Shown here: one piece after another, positions 1 through 7,611 of the stretch
Layout of the letters: every line of letters begins with the position of its first letter
How positions within the stretch are numbered: position 1 is the stretch's first letter
Source of the DNA: Candidatus Heimdallarchaeota archaeon
GTDB lineage: Archaea > Asgardarchaeota > Heimdallarchaeia > Heimdallarchaeales > Heimdallarchaeaceae
NCBI GenBank assembly: GCA_016840095.1
Contig: JAEOSZ010000072.1
Coordinates: 1 to 11,246, forward strand
Direction: 5' to 3'
Length of the DNA stretch: 11,246 nucleotides
Translations under genes and position numbers: made by a program
The notes under the pieces: generated by a model
What the model saw: the letters and a program-made list of their open reading frames with translations, nothing else
Databases searched by the model: none
Told to the model about the DNA's origin: nothing

Positions 1-1414
1 GTTGCCACCAAGGATATCTATCAGAATCAATACCTGATTCTTTTTGTCTTTTTGATTTAATGAATAGTCCAGCGATAACGTTTATAATCCATTCAAATCC
101 TCCAATATAGTTTACTTTCTCCCATGCTACGAGTATTAAATGCCATATCAGGAAGTTTACCACAATTACCAACAAAATCCAGGGACCCCATAAACTATTG
201 TCTCTCAACCCATTTGAAGCCGTAGAAACAGGAGACCAAGAGATAATATTCCAAAGGACCGTATTGGTGGGTTTAACTGGATCTACTCTGGTAGCAGCTA
301 AAATCCATCTAGGAATAGCATCCATAAATTGAAAATTATATATTGATAAAGCAACAAAACCATGTCTTCTAAAATATTTCGTTTTTTCTGCAAATTCTTT
401 TCCTATACCTCTAAATTCTACAAACCTTATAACAAACAAAGTGACAAGTAGTTGTGTTCCCAAAGTGAAAAGATACATTGGTATATATGCATTAATACTA
501 GCTAAACTCCAGGCATTTTGAAATAAACGGACCATATCTTCTTGACCATTAGCAACCATTACAAAAGCCCATGTTATGCCACCAAAAGTAAGAATAGTTC
601 CTACCCACATTCCAATTTTCATTTCTTTCCAGAAAGGTTTTTCTCTTGTCATCAGTATACCTATTGCATTTCCAATGAATGCTGTAGCTAAATATGGCAG
701 CAATGGTTCTGGTCTTCCTAAAAATGGTAGAAGAAAGAACTTAGTCATGAACTCCCCAACCGTAAAAGTACCACTATCTGGCAGAGCTCTAAGATTTTGA
801 ATTGTACCAAAATTCTGTAGTGTTCCTATTCCTCCATAGTCTGAACTGATATTATAGATTGGAGTTGTGATACTAATTATAAGTACTGCTAAAGAGAGGT
901 AAATTAAGATATTTCGTTTTTCCTTCAGATAACCGCCCTTAATTGAAAGTATTGCATTGATTACAGCACTTATAATTATTGCATAAGCTATTGCATGTAT
1001 CGATTCAGCTATAAATGATCTGTAGAGCAGATTTTTATCAAAAGGCAGTCCTAAGACTGCATCTCCTAGCATACCTTGATAACCTGTAATTGATTCAGTT
1101 AGGAAAGCTACTACTAGAAGAAGAAAACCAACCAACAATTGTTTTGAAAGTACACTCCCAACTGACCTTCCTTTTTTTAATGATTTCTGCATGGATATAG
1201 AATTTCCTATGGAACTTATTAGCAAGAAGAATCCTGCCCATCCAGCTAAAAACATAATAACTAACATCAAGATGAGAAAAATCATTGATTTTTCACCAAG
1301 AGTTACAGCATCGTTTGCCCATGAATAATCATATGCTCTCATTACTACATGTAATAATAACATCAACCAAATAGCAAAACCTCTAAGAAAATCTATACTT
1401 GCAAACCTACGCAT
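1..1414 (-). CDS. Multi-pass membrane protein, DUF1624 / heparan-alpha-glucosaminide N-acetyltransferase-like acyltransferase (3'-partial, at least 471 aa)
   Basis: Manual translation of the minus strand from ATG at 1414 gives MRRFASIDFLRGFAIWLMLLLHVVMRAYDYSW... and stays open to the window edge (...WEKVNYIGGFEWIINVIAGLFIKSKRQKESGIDSDRYPWWQ). The RxxSIDxxRGxAIxxMxxxH motif is the hallmark of HGSNAT_cat/DUF1624/acyltransferase-3 clan proteins, and there are many hydrophobic segments. It is missing from the ORF track because there is no stop in the window. Confidence 0.85.
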   Translation of the reverse strand, partial: MRRFASIDFLRGFAIWLMLLLHVVMRAYDYSWANDAVTLGEKSMIFLILMLVIMFLAGWAGFFLLISSIGNSISMQKSLKKGRSVGSVLSKQLLVGFLLLVVAFLTESITGYQGMLGDAVLGLPFDKNLLYRSFIAESIHAIAYAIIISAVINAILSIKGGYLKEKRNILIYLSLAVLIISITTPIYNISSDYGGIGTLQNFGTIQNLRALPDSGTFTVGEFMTKFFLLPFLGRPEPLLPYLATAFIGNAIGILMTREKPFWKEMKIGMWVGTILTFGGITWAFVMVANGQEDMVRLFQNAWSLASINAYIPMYLFTLGTQLLVTLFVIRFVEFRGIGKEFAEKTKYFRRHGFVALSIYNFQFMDAIPRWILAATRVDPVKPTNTVLWNIISWSPVSTASNGLRDNSLWGPWILLVIVVNFLIWHLILVAWEKVNYIGGFEWIINVIAGLFIKSKRQKESGIDSDRYPWWQ

Positions 1415-1439
1415 GGTAGAACTAATTGAAAGAGAGTAG

Positions 1440-1455
1440 TAATTAAGTCTTATTC
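1440..1455 (-). promoter_or_regulatory. Putative BRE/TATA promoter for the acyltransferase (leaderless-type spacing)
   Basis: The minus strand reads GAATAAGAC-TTAATTA, with the TATA-like part 26-32 nt upstream of ATG 1414. Confidence 0.4.
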
Positions 1456-1550
1456 TTTCTATAGAGAACATTATTCAGCTAGAAGAGAATTTTCAGTTTT
1501 TTTCTGATTGGTTCTTATATTACTCAGTAGTAAAAATCATGTGATTATTA

Positions 1551-1832
1551 TTGGTTAAGATAATTTTGCTAGTTGAATCTATATGTTCAAGATGTAATTC
1601 AAGAGCAAAATTTTGTTGCTCAATATGTGGGAGACCTTATTGTGGAAGATGTTTAAGTAAAGAAAAGAAAGATTTACTATCAAATATTGTTGTTCCAGCT
1701 GGATTATGTAGAAATTGTGTTAATGAACGTCTTCAAGAAAATAAGAAGGGTGTATTAAATCACCTGTCAGAAGCAGTGACTGTTTATGTTACAGATCCAG
1801 TTGAGAAGAAAACAATAGTAGATAATAGCTGA
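1551..1832 (+). CDS. Small 8-Cys binuclear zinc-finger protein (HIT/MYND/FYVE-like spacing)
   Basis: Pattern is C12-x2-C15-x7-C23-x2-C26-x4-C31-x2-C34-x18-C53-x2-C56. The ORF fills the intergenic space and TTATATTA lies upstream at 1515-1522. The start is uncertain (TTG 1551 or TTG 1566). Confidence 0.8.
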   Translation: MVKIILLVESICSRCNSRAKFCCSICGRPYCGRCLSKEKKDLLSNIVVPAGLCRNCVNERLQENKKGVLNHLSEAVTVYVTDPVEKKTIVDNS

Positions 1833-1883
1833 AATACTAGAAAGAAATATATTCTCCAATATTATCCATAAATAGAATTTGAT

Positions 1884-3302
1884 ATGAGTACTATCTCAGA
1901 TGAGAAACTGGTTCAGAAAAAAATTCTCAAAGAACCCTTGATGTGGAAGTTCAGGTTATATGGATTTTTCAAGAATCTGAGATTTTTTGAACCATATTTA
2001 ATAATAATGCTTTACGATTATTTATCTAATTCTTATCAGGATACTATACATTTCTTAACTGGGTTTTACCAAGTTTCATTGAAATCATCCTTCAGCTCAC
2101 CAGCTGGTGTTTCCTTCATTCTCCTTGAAATAGGTCTAATTTTCTTAGTTCAGGAAGTGTTCACATATGTTTTTGAAATTCCTTCAGGTATAATAGCTGA
2201 TAAATTTGGGAAAAAGAATGAGCTTCTCTTCTGCTTTGTTTTTTACATTGCAGCATTCATATTCTATTTCATTGGACTTAGTCTGTCAATTAAATTCTTC
2301 TTTGTTGTTTTCTTTGGTGCGATTTCTTATGGTTTGGGTGAAGCATTTAGATCAGGAACACACAAAGCTATGATATTGTCCTGGATGGATAAGAAAGAGT
2401 ATCAAGAACACAAAACTTTTGTCTATGGTAGAACACGCTCATGGTCATTAATTGGATCAACAATTAATGGAGGAATCTCGATTGTTTTCATTCTTTTTGT
2501 TCCAAACGCTCAATGGGTATTTCTTATTACAATAATCCCTTACATTCTAGATTTTATCTTGATTGCATCCTATCCTTCTTACATGAACGAGAGAGTTGCA
2601 ACAGATACGAGCTTGTTCAAGGAATTTGGAAAAGGTTTCAAAGATATATTTACTGCTATGAAGAGCAGTAGGATGAGAAAGGGAATTTTTTCATCTTCAA
2701 GCTATGATGCAGTATACAAAAGCTTGAAAGATTACATTCAACCTATTTTGAAGATATATATAGTAGTTGTACTCCTAAATGTTGGACTTAAGAGCGATCT
2801 TAAGATTTCAGAGGATGATATTATCAAAATTATTCTTGGTGTTATGTATTCCATATTTTATCTCCTTTCTTCTGTTTCATCACTCAATGCTTATAGAATT
2901 AAGAAACTATTCAAGAAATCTAAATTTGCAATGGATATCCTCTTCTATATCTTCGCAGGAATCCTTTTACTAAATGCGCTCTTCATACACCTCCAACTTC
3001 CAATAATTGTAGTAATTTTATATCTTGTAATCTATATTCTTGAAAACATCCGAAGACCTATTTGTGTTGACTATCTGGGTGATATAATTAAGAAAGAGCA
3101 AAGGGCAACAATGCTTAGTGTAGAAGCTCAAATTAAATCGATTCTTGTCTTCATTTTTGCACCTTTGTTTGGTTTGATAGCTGACTTCAATTTTTCTCTT
3201 TTGTTTTTAATCATTGGAGGAAGTATGTTAATTGTTAATTTTCTTTTTATTAGAGGTGAAGGAACAGAACCGATCAAAGATATAAAAACTCAACAATTAT
3301 AA
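1884..3302 (+). CDS. MFS transporter (about 12 TM)
   Basis: 472 aa hydrophobic protein with MFS motif A (EIPSGIIADKFGKK), GEAFRSGTHKAMI and C-domain EQRATMLSVEAQ. Confidence 0.92.
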   Translation: MSTISDEKLVQKKILKEPLMWKFRLYGFFKNLRFFEPYLIIMLYDYLSNSYQDTIHFLTGFYQVSLKSSFSSPAGVSFILLEIGLIFLVQEVFTYVFEIPSGIIADKFGKKNELLFCFVFYIAAFIFYFIGLSLSIKFFFVVFFGAISYGLGEAFRSGTHKAMILSWMDKKEYQEHKTFVYGRTRSWSLIGSTINGGISIVFILFVPNAQWVFLITIIPYILDFILIASYPSYMNERVATDTSLFKEFGKGFKDIFTAMKSSRMRKGIFSSSSYDAVYKSLKDYIQPILKIYIVVVLLNVGLKSDLKISEDDIIKIILGVMYSIFYLLSSVSSLNAYRIKKLFKKSKFAMDILFYIFAGILLLNALFIHLQLPIIVVILYLVIYILENIRRPICVDYLGDIIKKEQRATMLSVEAQIKSILVFIFAPLFGLIADFNFSLLFLIIGGSMLIVNFLFIRGEGTEPIKDIKTQQL

Positions 3303-3390
3303 CTTCTTCTTTTTCAAGTTTTATAAACTGTAACATTGAGAAACACTTAATAAAACCCATATTAATCTCAAATAAAATAAAGTTATTCTT

Positions 3391-3395
3391 GGTGA
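3391..3395 (+). promoter_or_regulatory. Archaeal-type Shine-Dalgarno GGTGA
   Basis: GGTGA lies 6 nt upstream of the GTG start at 3402. Confidence 0.5.
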
Positions 3396-3401
3396 TTCTT
3401 T

Positions 3402-3947
3402 GTGACTGAAACCTTAATCGTCTATGGCACTAGATATGGTGCTACCACAGAAGCTTGTGCAGAAATTCAAAAAATTCTTGAAAAAGAATATGACCAACAT
3501 GTTGAAATCTGGGATTTAGAAAATTACAGAGCATGTCCAGATTTAAGTGATTTTGATAATGTTATAATTGCTAGTGGCGTTAAATATGGCAAATGGACTA
3601 AAAATGCTCAAAAGTATCTCAGTAATGATTTTGGTGATAAGAAAGTAGCTGTGTTCATTTCATCGGCATATGCAGGTGAATCAGAACTATATGAGCATGC
3701 TTATGAAAATTATCTTGTCAAAGTTATTGAAGAAAATCCTGATCTTAAACCAGTAGCTATGGCAGCTTTTGGAGGAAAAATACCAAAAGATGAATTACCT
3801 AAATTTGCTAAAGGTCCTAAGAAGTTTGTACCTAAAATAGCAAGTGGTCAAATTCTGACAAGACTACATGAAAATCAGTATGACAATAGAGACTGGGATA
3901 AAATAAAAGAGTGGGCTCATGAAGTAGGTAAACTCTTTAGCAGTTAA
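3402..3947 (+). CDS. Flavodoxin-domain protein (Flavodoxin_5 / HemG-like)
   Basis: N-terminal FMN phosphate-binding loop LIVYGTRYGATTE, DNVIIASGVKYGKW, KVAVFISS, AFGG and C-terminal DNRDWDKIKEWA are typical of the HemG-like flavodoxin family. GTG start. Confidence 0.9.
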   Translation: MTETLIVYGTRYGATTEACAEIQKILEKEYDQHVEIWDLENYRACPDLSDFDNVIIASGVKYGKWTKNAQKYLSNDFGDKKVAVFISSAYAGESELYEHAYENYLVKVIEENPDLKPVAMAAFGGKIPKDELPKFAKGPKKFVPKIASGQILTRLHENQYDNRDWDKIKEWAHEVGKLFSS

Positions 3948-3954
3948 TCAGTTT

Positions 3955-4476
3955 TCATCTCATTCTTAATAATTTAACTTTCTCGAAATTTTCTTCTTTT
4001 ATATGAATTCTTACTCCTTCACATGTACTAAGATAATTTCCCCAAGAGTCATAATCCTCATTTGGAAAACATCCTATTGTAACAAGCTCAATTAATCCTC
4101 CATGACTTACAAGCAAAGCAGAACCATTTTCAGGAACTTTTTTTGAGAAATCCAGCAAAAATTCAGCCATTTGATTTGAATATTCATAGGTTTTTCCCTT
4201 TTGTTTAATTACTTCAGCAAATTCTCCAAAATTCATCCCCCAAGTGACTTCTTTTTCAATATAATCAGGCGTCATACTTATCTCCTCAATTATCTCATCA
4301 ACTGCATATCCCATTGCTACAGCTGTTTCTATTGCTCTAGGTGCGTTACTTGAGACTACTAAATCATAAACTCCCATTGAACTTCCTAACTTTCTAGCTT
4401 TTTTTACTCCTTCTTGATTGAGGTGGGGAGAAGGTGCTGATCTTTTCGAATGCCTTCTAAGCTCTAAAATTTTCAT
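3955..4476 (-). CDS. Histidine phosphatase superfamily protein (phosphoglycerate mutase/SixA-like)
   Basis: Catalytic RH motif (LRRHS), L..EG...A, SS..RAIETA and LLVSHGG. Likely start is ATG 4476 (the track uses TTG 4485). Confidence 0.9.
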   Translation of the reverse strand: MKILELRRHSKRSAPSPHLNQEGVKKARKLGSSMGVYDLVVSSNAPRAIETAVAMGYAVDEIIEEISMTPDYIEKEVTWGMNFGEFAEVIKQKGKTYEYSNQMAEFLLDFSKKVPENGSALLVSHGGLIELVTIGCFPNEDYDSWGNYLSTCEGVRIHIKEENFEKVKLLRMR

Positions 4477-4560
4477 GAGTATCAATAAAAATTCAGAGAT
4501 AATATGCTTTTTGTATATCTCTTTTATCTTATTTAACGTTAAAACAAAATTGTTATTAGT

Positions 4561-5967
4561 ATGCTATATTTGAGTTATATGAAAATTATGAGCTTCTTCA
4601 AATCTAAAGTTTTTATCATTTCTATGGCAATTTTACTTGCTGCTGCTATAATAACTCCAACAACCATAATTCTACTAAAAGATGACACTCCCCCAACTGT
4701 TGCAATAATCCATCCTCTAAGAGGTTATAGTTATTCTGACTCTGTTTTAATAGAAGTAGAAGCGGAAGATGATTCCGCAGTTGCATTAATTGAGGTTTTT
4801 GTTGACGATGTATTCGAAAGAGATTCTCAAAAAAGTAACAATCTAGCATTCTTCTTGGATACAGATGTTTACGTAGATGGATTTCACAATATAACAGCAA
4901 AAGCTACAGACAAAGCAGGAAATACTTTCGCAGTTTCAATTATCTGCACTTTTGATAGTTATGTTAATCCTCCTCCAGATGATGAGTTTAAGCTTCTAAA
5001 TTATAATGTAAAAGAATCTGGATTAACAGAAGAATGGATAGAAGTTGTAAAAGCGGAGAATCCAGATATTGCTATTTTTGTTGAAACTGGGACCTGGGAT
5101 GATGGTGGTAATAGCAAGCTAAATAGAATTGTCAATCAGTTAAATGCTCATTTCTATACAGAAGCTCCCTATACAGGATACACTACTCAAGGAGTTACCT
5201 ATTCTACAACTGGAGAGGCTATTCTAAGCAGATATCCAATAATTCAATTTAATCAAATAGAAACTTTAACATTAGATGATGCTACTACACATAATCCAGC
5301 TCATGATTTTATTGATGCTATAGTGAATATTCAGGGGGAGTTTGTACATATAATCGGATATCACCTTAAATGCTGTGAAGGGTCCTTTGAAGAATGGAGG
5401 AGAGAAAGGGAACAAGAAGGAATCATCAATTATATGGACAGCTTAGGAAATGTAGCAATTATGTATGTTGGTGATCTCAATTCACTTTCACCTGCAGATG
5501 CTGGTGATACTACAAGAGGTCCATTTACAGATTATGGATTTGGTCCTGCTACAATGATGCTTGATCCTGATGATCCAACATATGGTAACTATTCCTCTAA
5601 AATTCACACTTTTACAGATGTTTGGAAAACTCTTCATCCAGGTGAATGGGGACATACTTTCAATATTATTAGTTATCAAGCTAGAATAGATTATATCTTT
5701 GTTAACCAGTATCTAAATACTTCATTTATTAGTTCGAATATTGGAAGCGGAACAGGACTTGATGATACAGCTTCAGATCATTATACAGTAGATGCTGTTT
5801 TTTCAATTGCGAATATTAGTTCTACACCTTATATACCTAAATCACTACCAAAGGAAATGTCAAAAAGTGTACCAGTTCAAATCGTAGAAGAAGCAATTTC
5901 TGAGAATTGTTTGGAAGTAGAAATATATCTATGTGTTAATTTGGATAAAAAAATGAAGTTCAATTGA
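4561..5967 (+). CDS. Membrane-anchored/secreted endonuclease-exonuclease-phosphatase (EEP) family protein with Ig-like domain
   Basis: N-terminal hydrophobic helix (VFIISMAILLAAAIITPTTIILL), an Ig-like segment (DDTPPTVAII...DGFHNITAKATDKAGN), then EEP motifs LLNYNV, PDIAIFVE, AILSRYPI, YHL, GDLNS, RIDYIFV and SDHY. The true start may be ATG 4579 or 4588. Confidence 0.9.
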   Translation: MLYLSYMKIMSFFKSKVFIISMAILLAAAIITPTTIILLKDDTPPTVAIIHPLRGYSYSDSVLIEVEAEDDSAVALIEVFVDDVFERDSQKSNNLAFFLDTDVYVDGFHNITAKATDKAGNTFAVSIICTFDSYVNPPPDDEFKLLNYNVKESGLTEEWIEVVKAENPDIAIFVETGTWDDGGNSKLNRIVNQLNAHFYTEAPYTGYTTQGVTYSTTGEAILSRYPIIQFNQIETLTLDDATTHNPAHDFIDAIVNIQGEFVHIIGYHLKCCEGSFEEWRREREQEGIINYMDSLGNVAIMYVGDLNSLSPADAGDTTRGPFTDYGFGPATMMLDPDDPTYGNYSSKIHTFTDVWKTLHPGEWGHTFNIISYQARIDYIFVNQYLNTSFISSNIGSGTGLDDTASDHYTVDAVFSIANISSTPYIPKSLPKEMSKSVPVQIVEEAISENCLEVEIYLCVNLDKKMKFN

Positions 5968-5980
5968 CACAATAAACACC

Positions 5981-5987
5981 TTTTTTT
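5981..5987 (+). terminator. Putative archaeal oligo-T terminator
   Basis: A T7 tract lies 13 nt after the EEP stop codon. Confidence 0.45.
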
Positions 5988-6038
5988 GCATAATCTCTAT
6001 ATACTAGTTTTCCTATTTTACTAGTTGGGAGTTCATTT

Positions 6039-6689
6039 ATGTCGGTAAAAGAAGAGAAACAGAAAGAAGTTGTAGATACTATACTTCAGTGTTCAATTTT
6101 GGTGAGTGATACTTTAATTCGGATGGCAGATCTCACTACTTTAACCCTTCTATATCATCCAGGTATGAGTGAAAGAGAAGAAAAAATGGAACAGCTTTAT
6201 CAAAATGTACTAAATTTCATTGATGATATAACTACTACAATATTCCAGCCAGTAGATAAAGAAGGAAAATCTGTTAACCATTATGATCCTGTTTTCTCAT
6301 GTTTGAAAACTTCTGCAAAATTGATGTCAGACTTAGTTTCTTTACTATCTCAAGAACATATCAAAATGCATCTTCAAACTATGGAATACTTCTATAACAT
6401 GAATAAGTCTATACTTGAATGCATCAATGTTTTTAGCCACTTGATTCATGCAAGTTCTTCAGATATACGAAATTTTGATATTCACAGACTGACGAGTATA
6501 GAAATAGGTGCTCATCATAATTATAGAACACTAATTAGCGAATTAACTTCAGAGAGCAATGAATGGAAACAAACTTTTGTTCAATACTTAGTTGGAGAAA
6601 AAATGAGTTCGATAGTTTTCGAATGCTGTGAAGCATGTAAAAAGATTTTAGCATGTAGATTAACTACTATTGACAAATTAGAAGACTAA
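6039..6689 (+). CDS. Helical protein, probable divergent DUF47/PhoU-like family member
   Basis: 216 aa matches typical DUF47 length. TTIFQPVDKE resembles the DUF47 FITPxDRED motif, and IEIGAHHNYRTLISEL...EKMSSIVFECCEAC resembles the second repeat (lExeaDxxyRxxlxeL...exlExxxDxcedva). Resemblance judged by eye. Confidence 0.55.
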   Translation: MSVKEEKQKEVVDTILQCSILVSDTLIRMADLTTLTLLYHPGMSEREEKMEQLYQNVLNFIDDITTTIFQPVDKEGKSVNHYDPVFSCLKTSAKLMSDLVSLLSQEHIKMHLQTMEYFYNMNKSILECINVFSHLIHASSSDIRNFDIHRLTSIEIGAHHNYRTLISELTSESNEWKQTFVQYLVGEKMSSIVFECCEACKKILACRLTTIDKLED

Positions 6690-6742
6690 TTTTAGAGAAA
6701 AGATCTATTATGTTCTTCAGACAAAAGTCAAATAAACAAGTC

Positions 6743-6749
6743 TTTATAT
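6743..6749 (+). promoter_or_regulatory. TATA box of the metallophosphoesterase gene, embedded in inverted repeats
   Basis: TTTATAT preceded by A-rich AAACAAG, about 35-40 nt upstream of ATG 6783. GGGGAG lies just upstream of the ATG. Confidence 0.55.
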
Positions 6750-6782
6750 GACTTTCAAGGTCATCTGAAGTTAGGGGAGAAA

Positions 6783-7547
6783 ATGTCGTATAGATTGTTT
6801 GAAATTGCTCCTTCAGTAAAGATTGTAGCCGGACTGCCTTTGCTACTTCTAGAAGATGTTAGTGCTTTAGTTGGTGCTGACTTACATTTAGGTATTGAAG
6901 CTATAATGAGAGAGGAAGGAACATTTGCTCCTCATAACCAAACTGAAAAAATTACTGAGATATTTCTTAAACATCTTGAAGAATTGAATCCAAAATATCT
7001 TGTACTAAATGGAGATGTAAAACACAGCTTTAAAGAGCCTTCAAAAATTGAAAATAGAGATGTAAAGAAATTCATCAGTGAAGTTTCCTCTAAAGTTTCG
7101 AAAGTGCACATTATTAAGGGGAACCATGACCTATTCTTAACTTGGACTTTGCAGAATATTGCAAATGTTAAATTCCATGACGAATTCTTCCACTTAGGAA
7201 GATATTATTTTGTTCATGGTGATAAGCAATTACCTGAAGATCTCCCTAAAGAAGTTGAGTTTATTATTATTGGACATGAGCATCCTGTTCTTGAAGCAAG
7301 AATTAAAAGTCTCCAAAAAGTAAGAACTCATGCTTTTATGTTTGGTCCTATTATGAATACTAATAAGAAAATCTTAGTCCTTCCAGCTTTTACTGATTAC
7401 TCAACTGGAACACCCATAGATCCAAAGAATAAATCCAATCTCTTATCTCCTATCTTACGTGAGAAAGCAGACCTTGCTAAATTTGAAATTTTCGCTCTAA
7501 ACGATGAAGAAGTTCTACATTTCCCAGAATTTAGATTATGGTATTAA
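6783..7547 (+). CDS. Calcineurin-like metallophosphoesterase, archaeal COG1407 (MJ0037-like, SbcD/Mre11-related) family
   Basis: Full motif set is present: ADLHLG, LNGDVKH, GNHD, HGD, GHEHP, LPAF and LLSPIL. Confidence 0.92.
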   Translation: MSYRLFEIAPSVKIVAGLPLLLLEDVSALVGADLHLGIEAIMREEGTFAPHNQTEKITEIFLKHLEELNPKYLVLNGDVKHSFKEPSKIENRDVKKFISEVSSKVSKVHIIKGNHDLFLTWTLQNIANVKFHDEFFHLGRYYFVHGDKQLPEDLPKEVEFIIIGHEHPVLEARIKSLQKVRTHAFMFGPIMNTNKKILVLPAFTDYSTGTPIDPKNKSNLLSPILREKADLAKFEIFALNDEEVLHFPEFRLWY

Positions 7548-7611
7548 GGAATTTTGTAGCTAAAGTTAATAAACTAATAATCGTAAATTAACTTGTATAA
7601 ATGAATGAGCT

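Noticed and set aside
576-800. 74 aa plus-strand ORF
   Set aside because: It is antisense within the long minus-strand acyltransferase ORF and has no recognisable motif.
2779-2973. 64 aa ORF in an alternative frame
   Set aside because: It lies fully inside the MFS gene and has no motif, so it is a likely shadow ORF.
3780-3845. Periodic Pro-Lys pattern in the flavodoxin (IPKDELPKFAKGPKKFVPKIA)
   Set aside because: It is too short and degenerate at the DNA level to call a tandem repeat, and falls in the variable loop of long-chain flavodoxins.
4646-4900. 84 aa minus-strand ORF
   Set aside because: It is antisense to the EEP gene, and its Leu-rich composition reflects the sense-strand codons.
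5488-5679. 63 aa minus-strand ORF
   Set aside because: It is an antisense shadow of the EEP catalytic domain.
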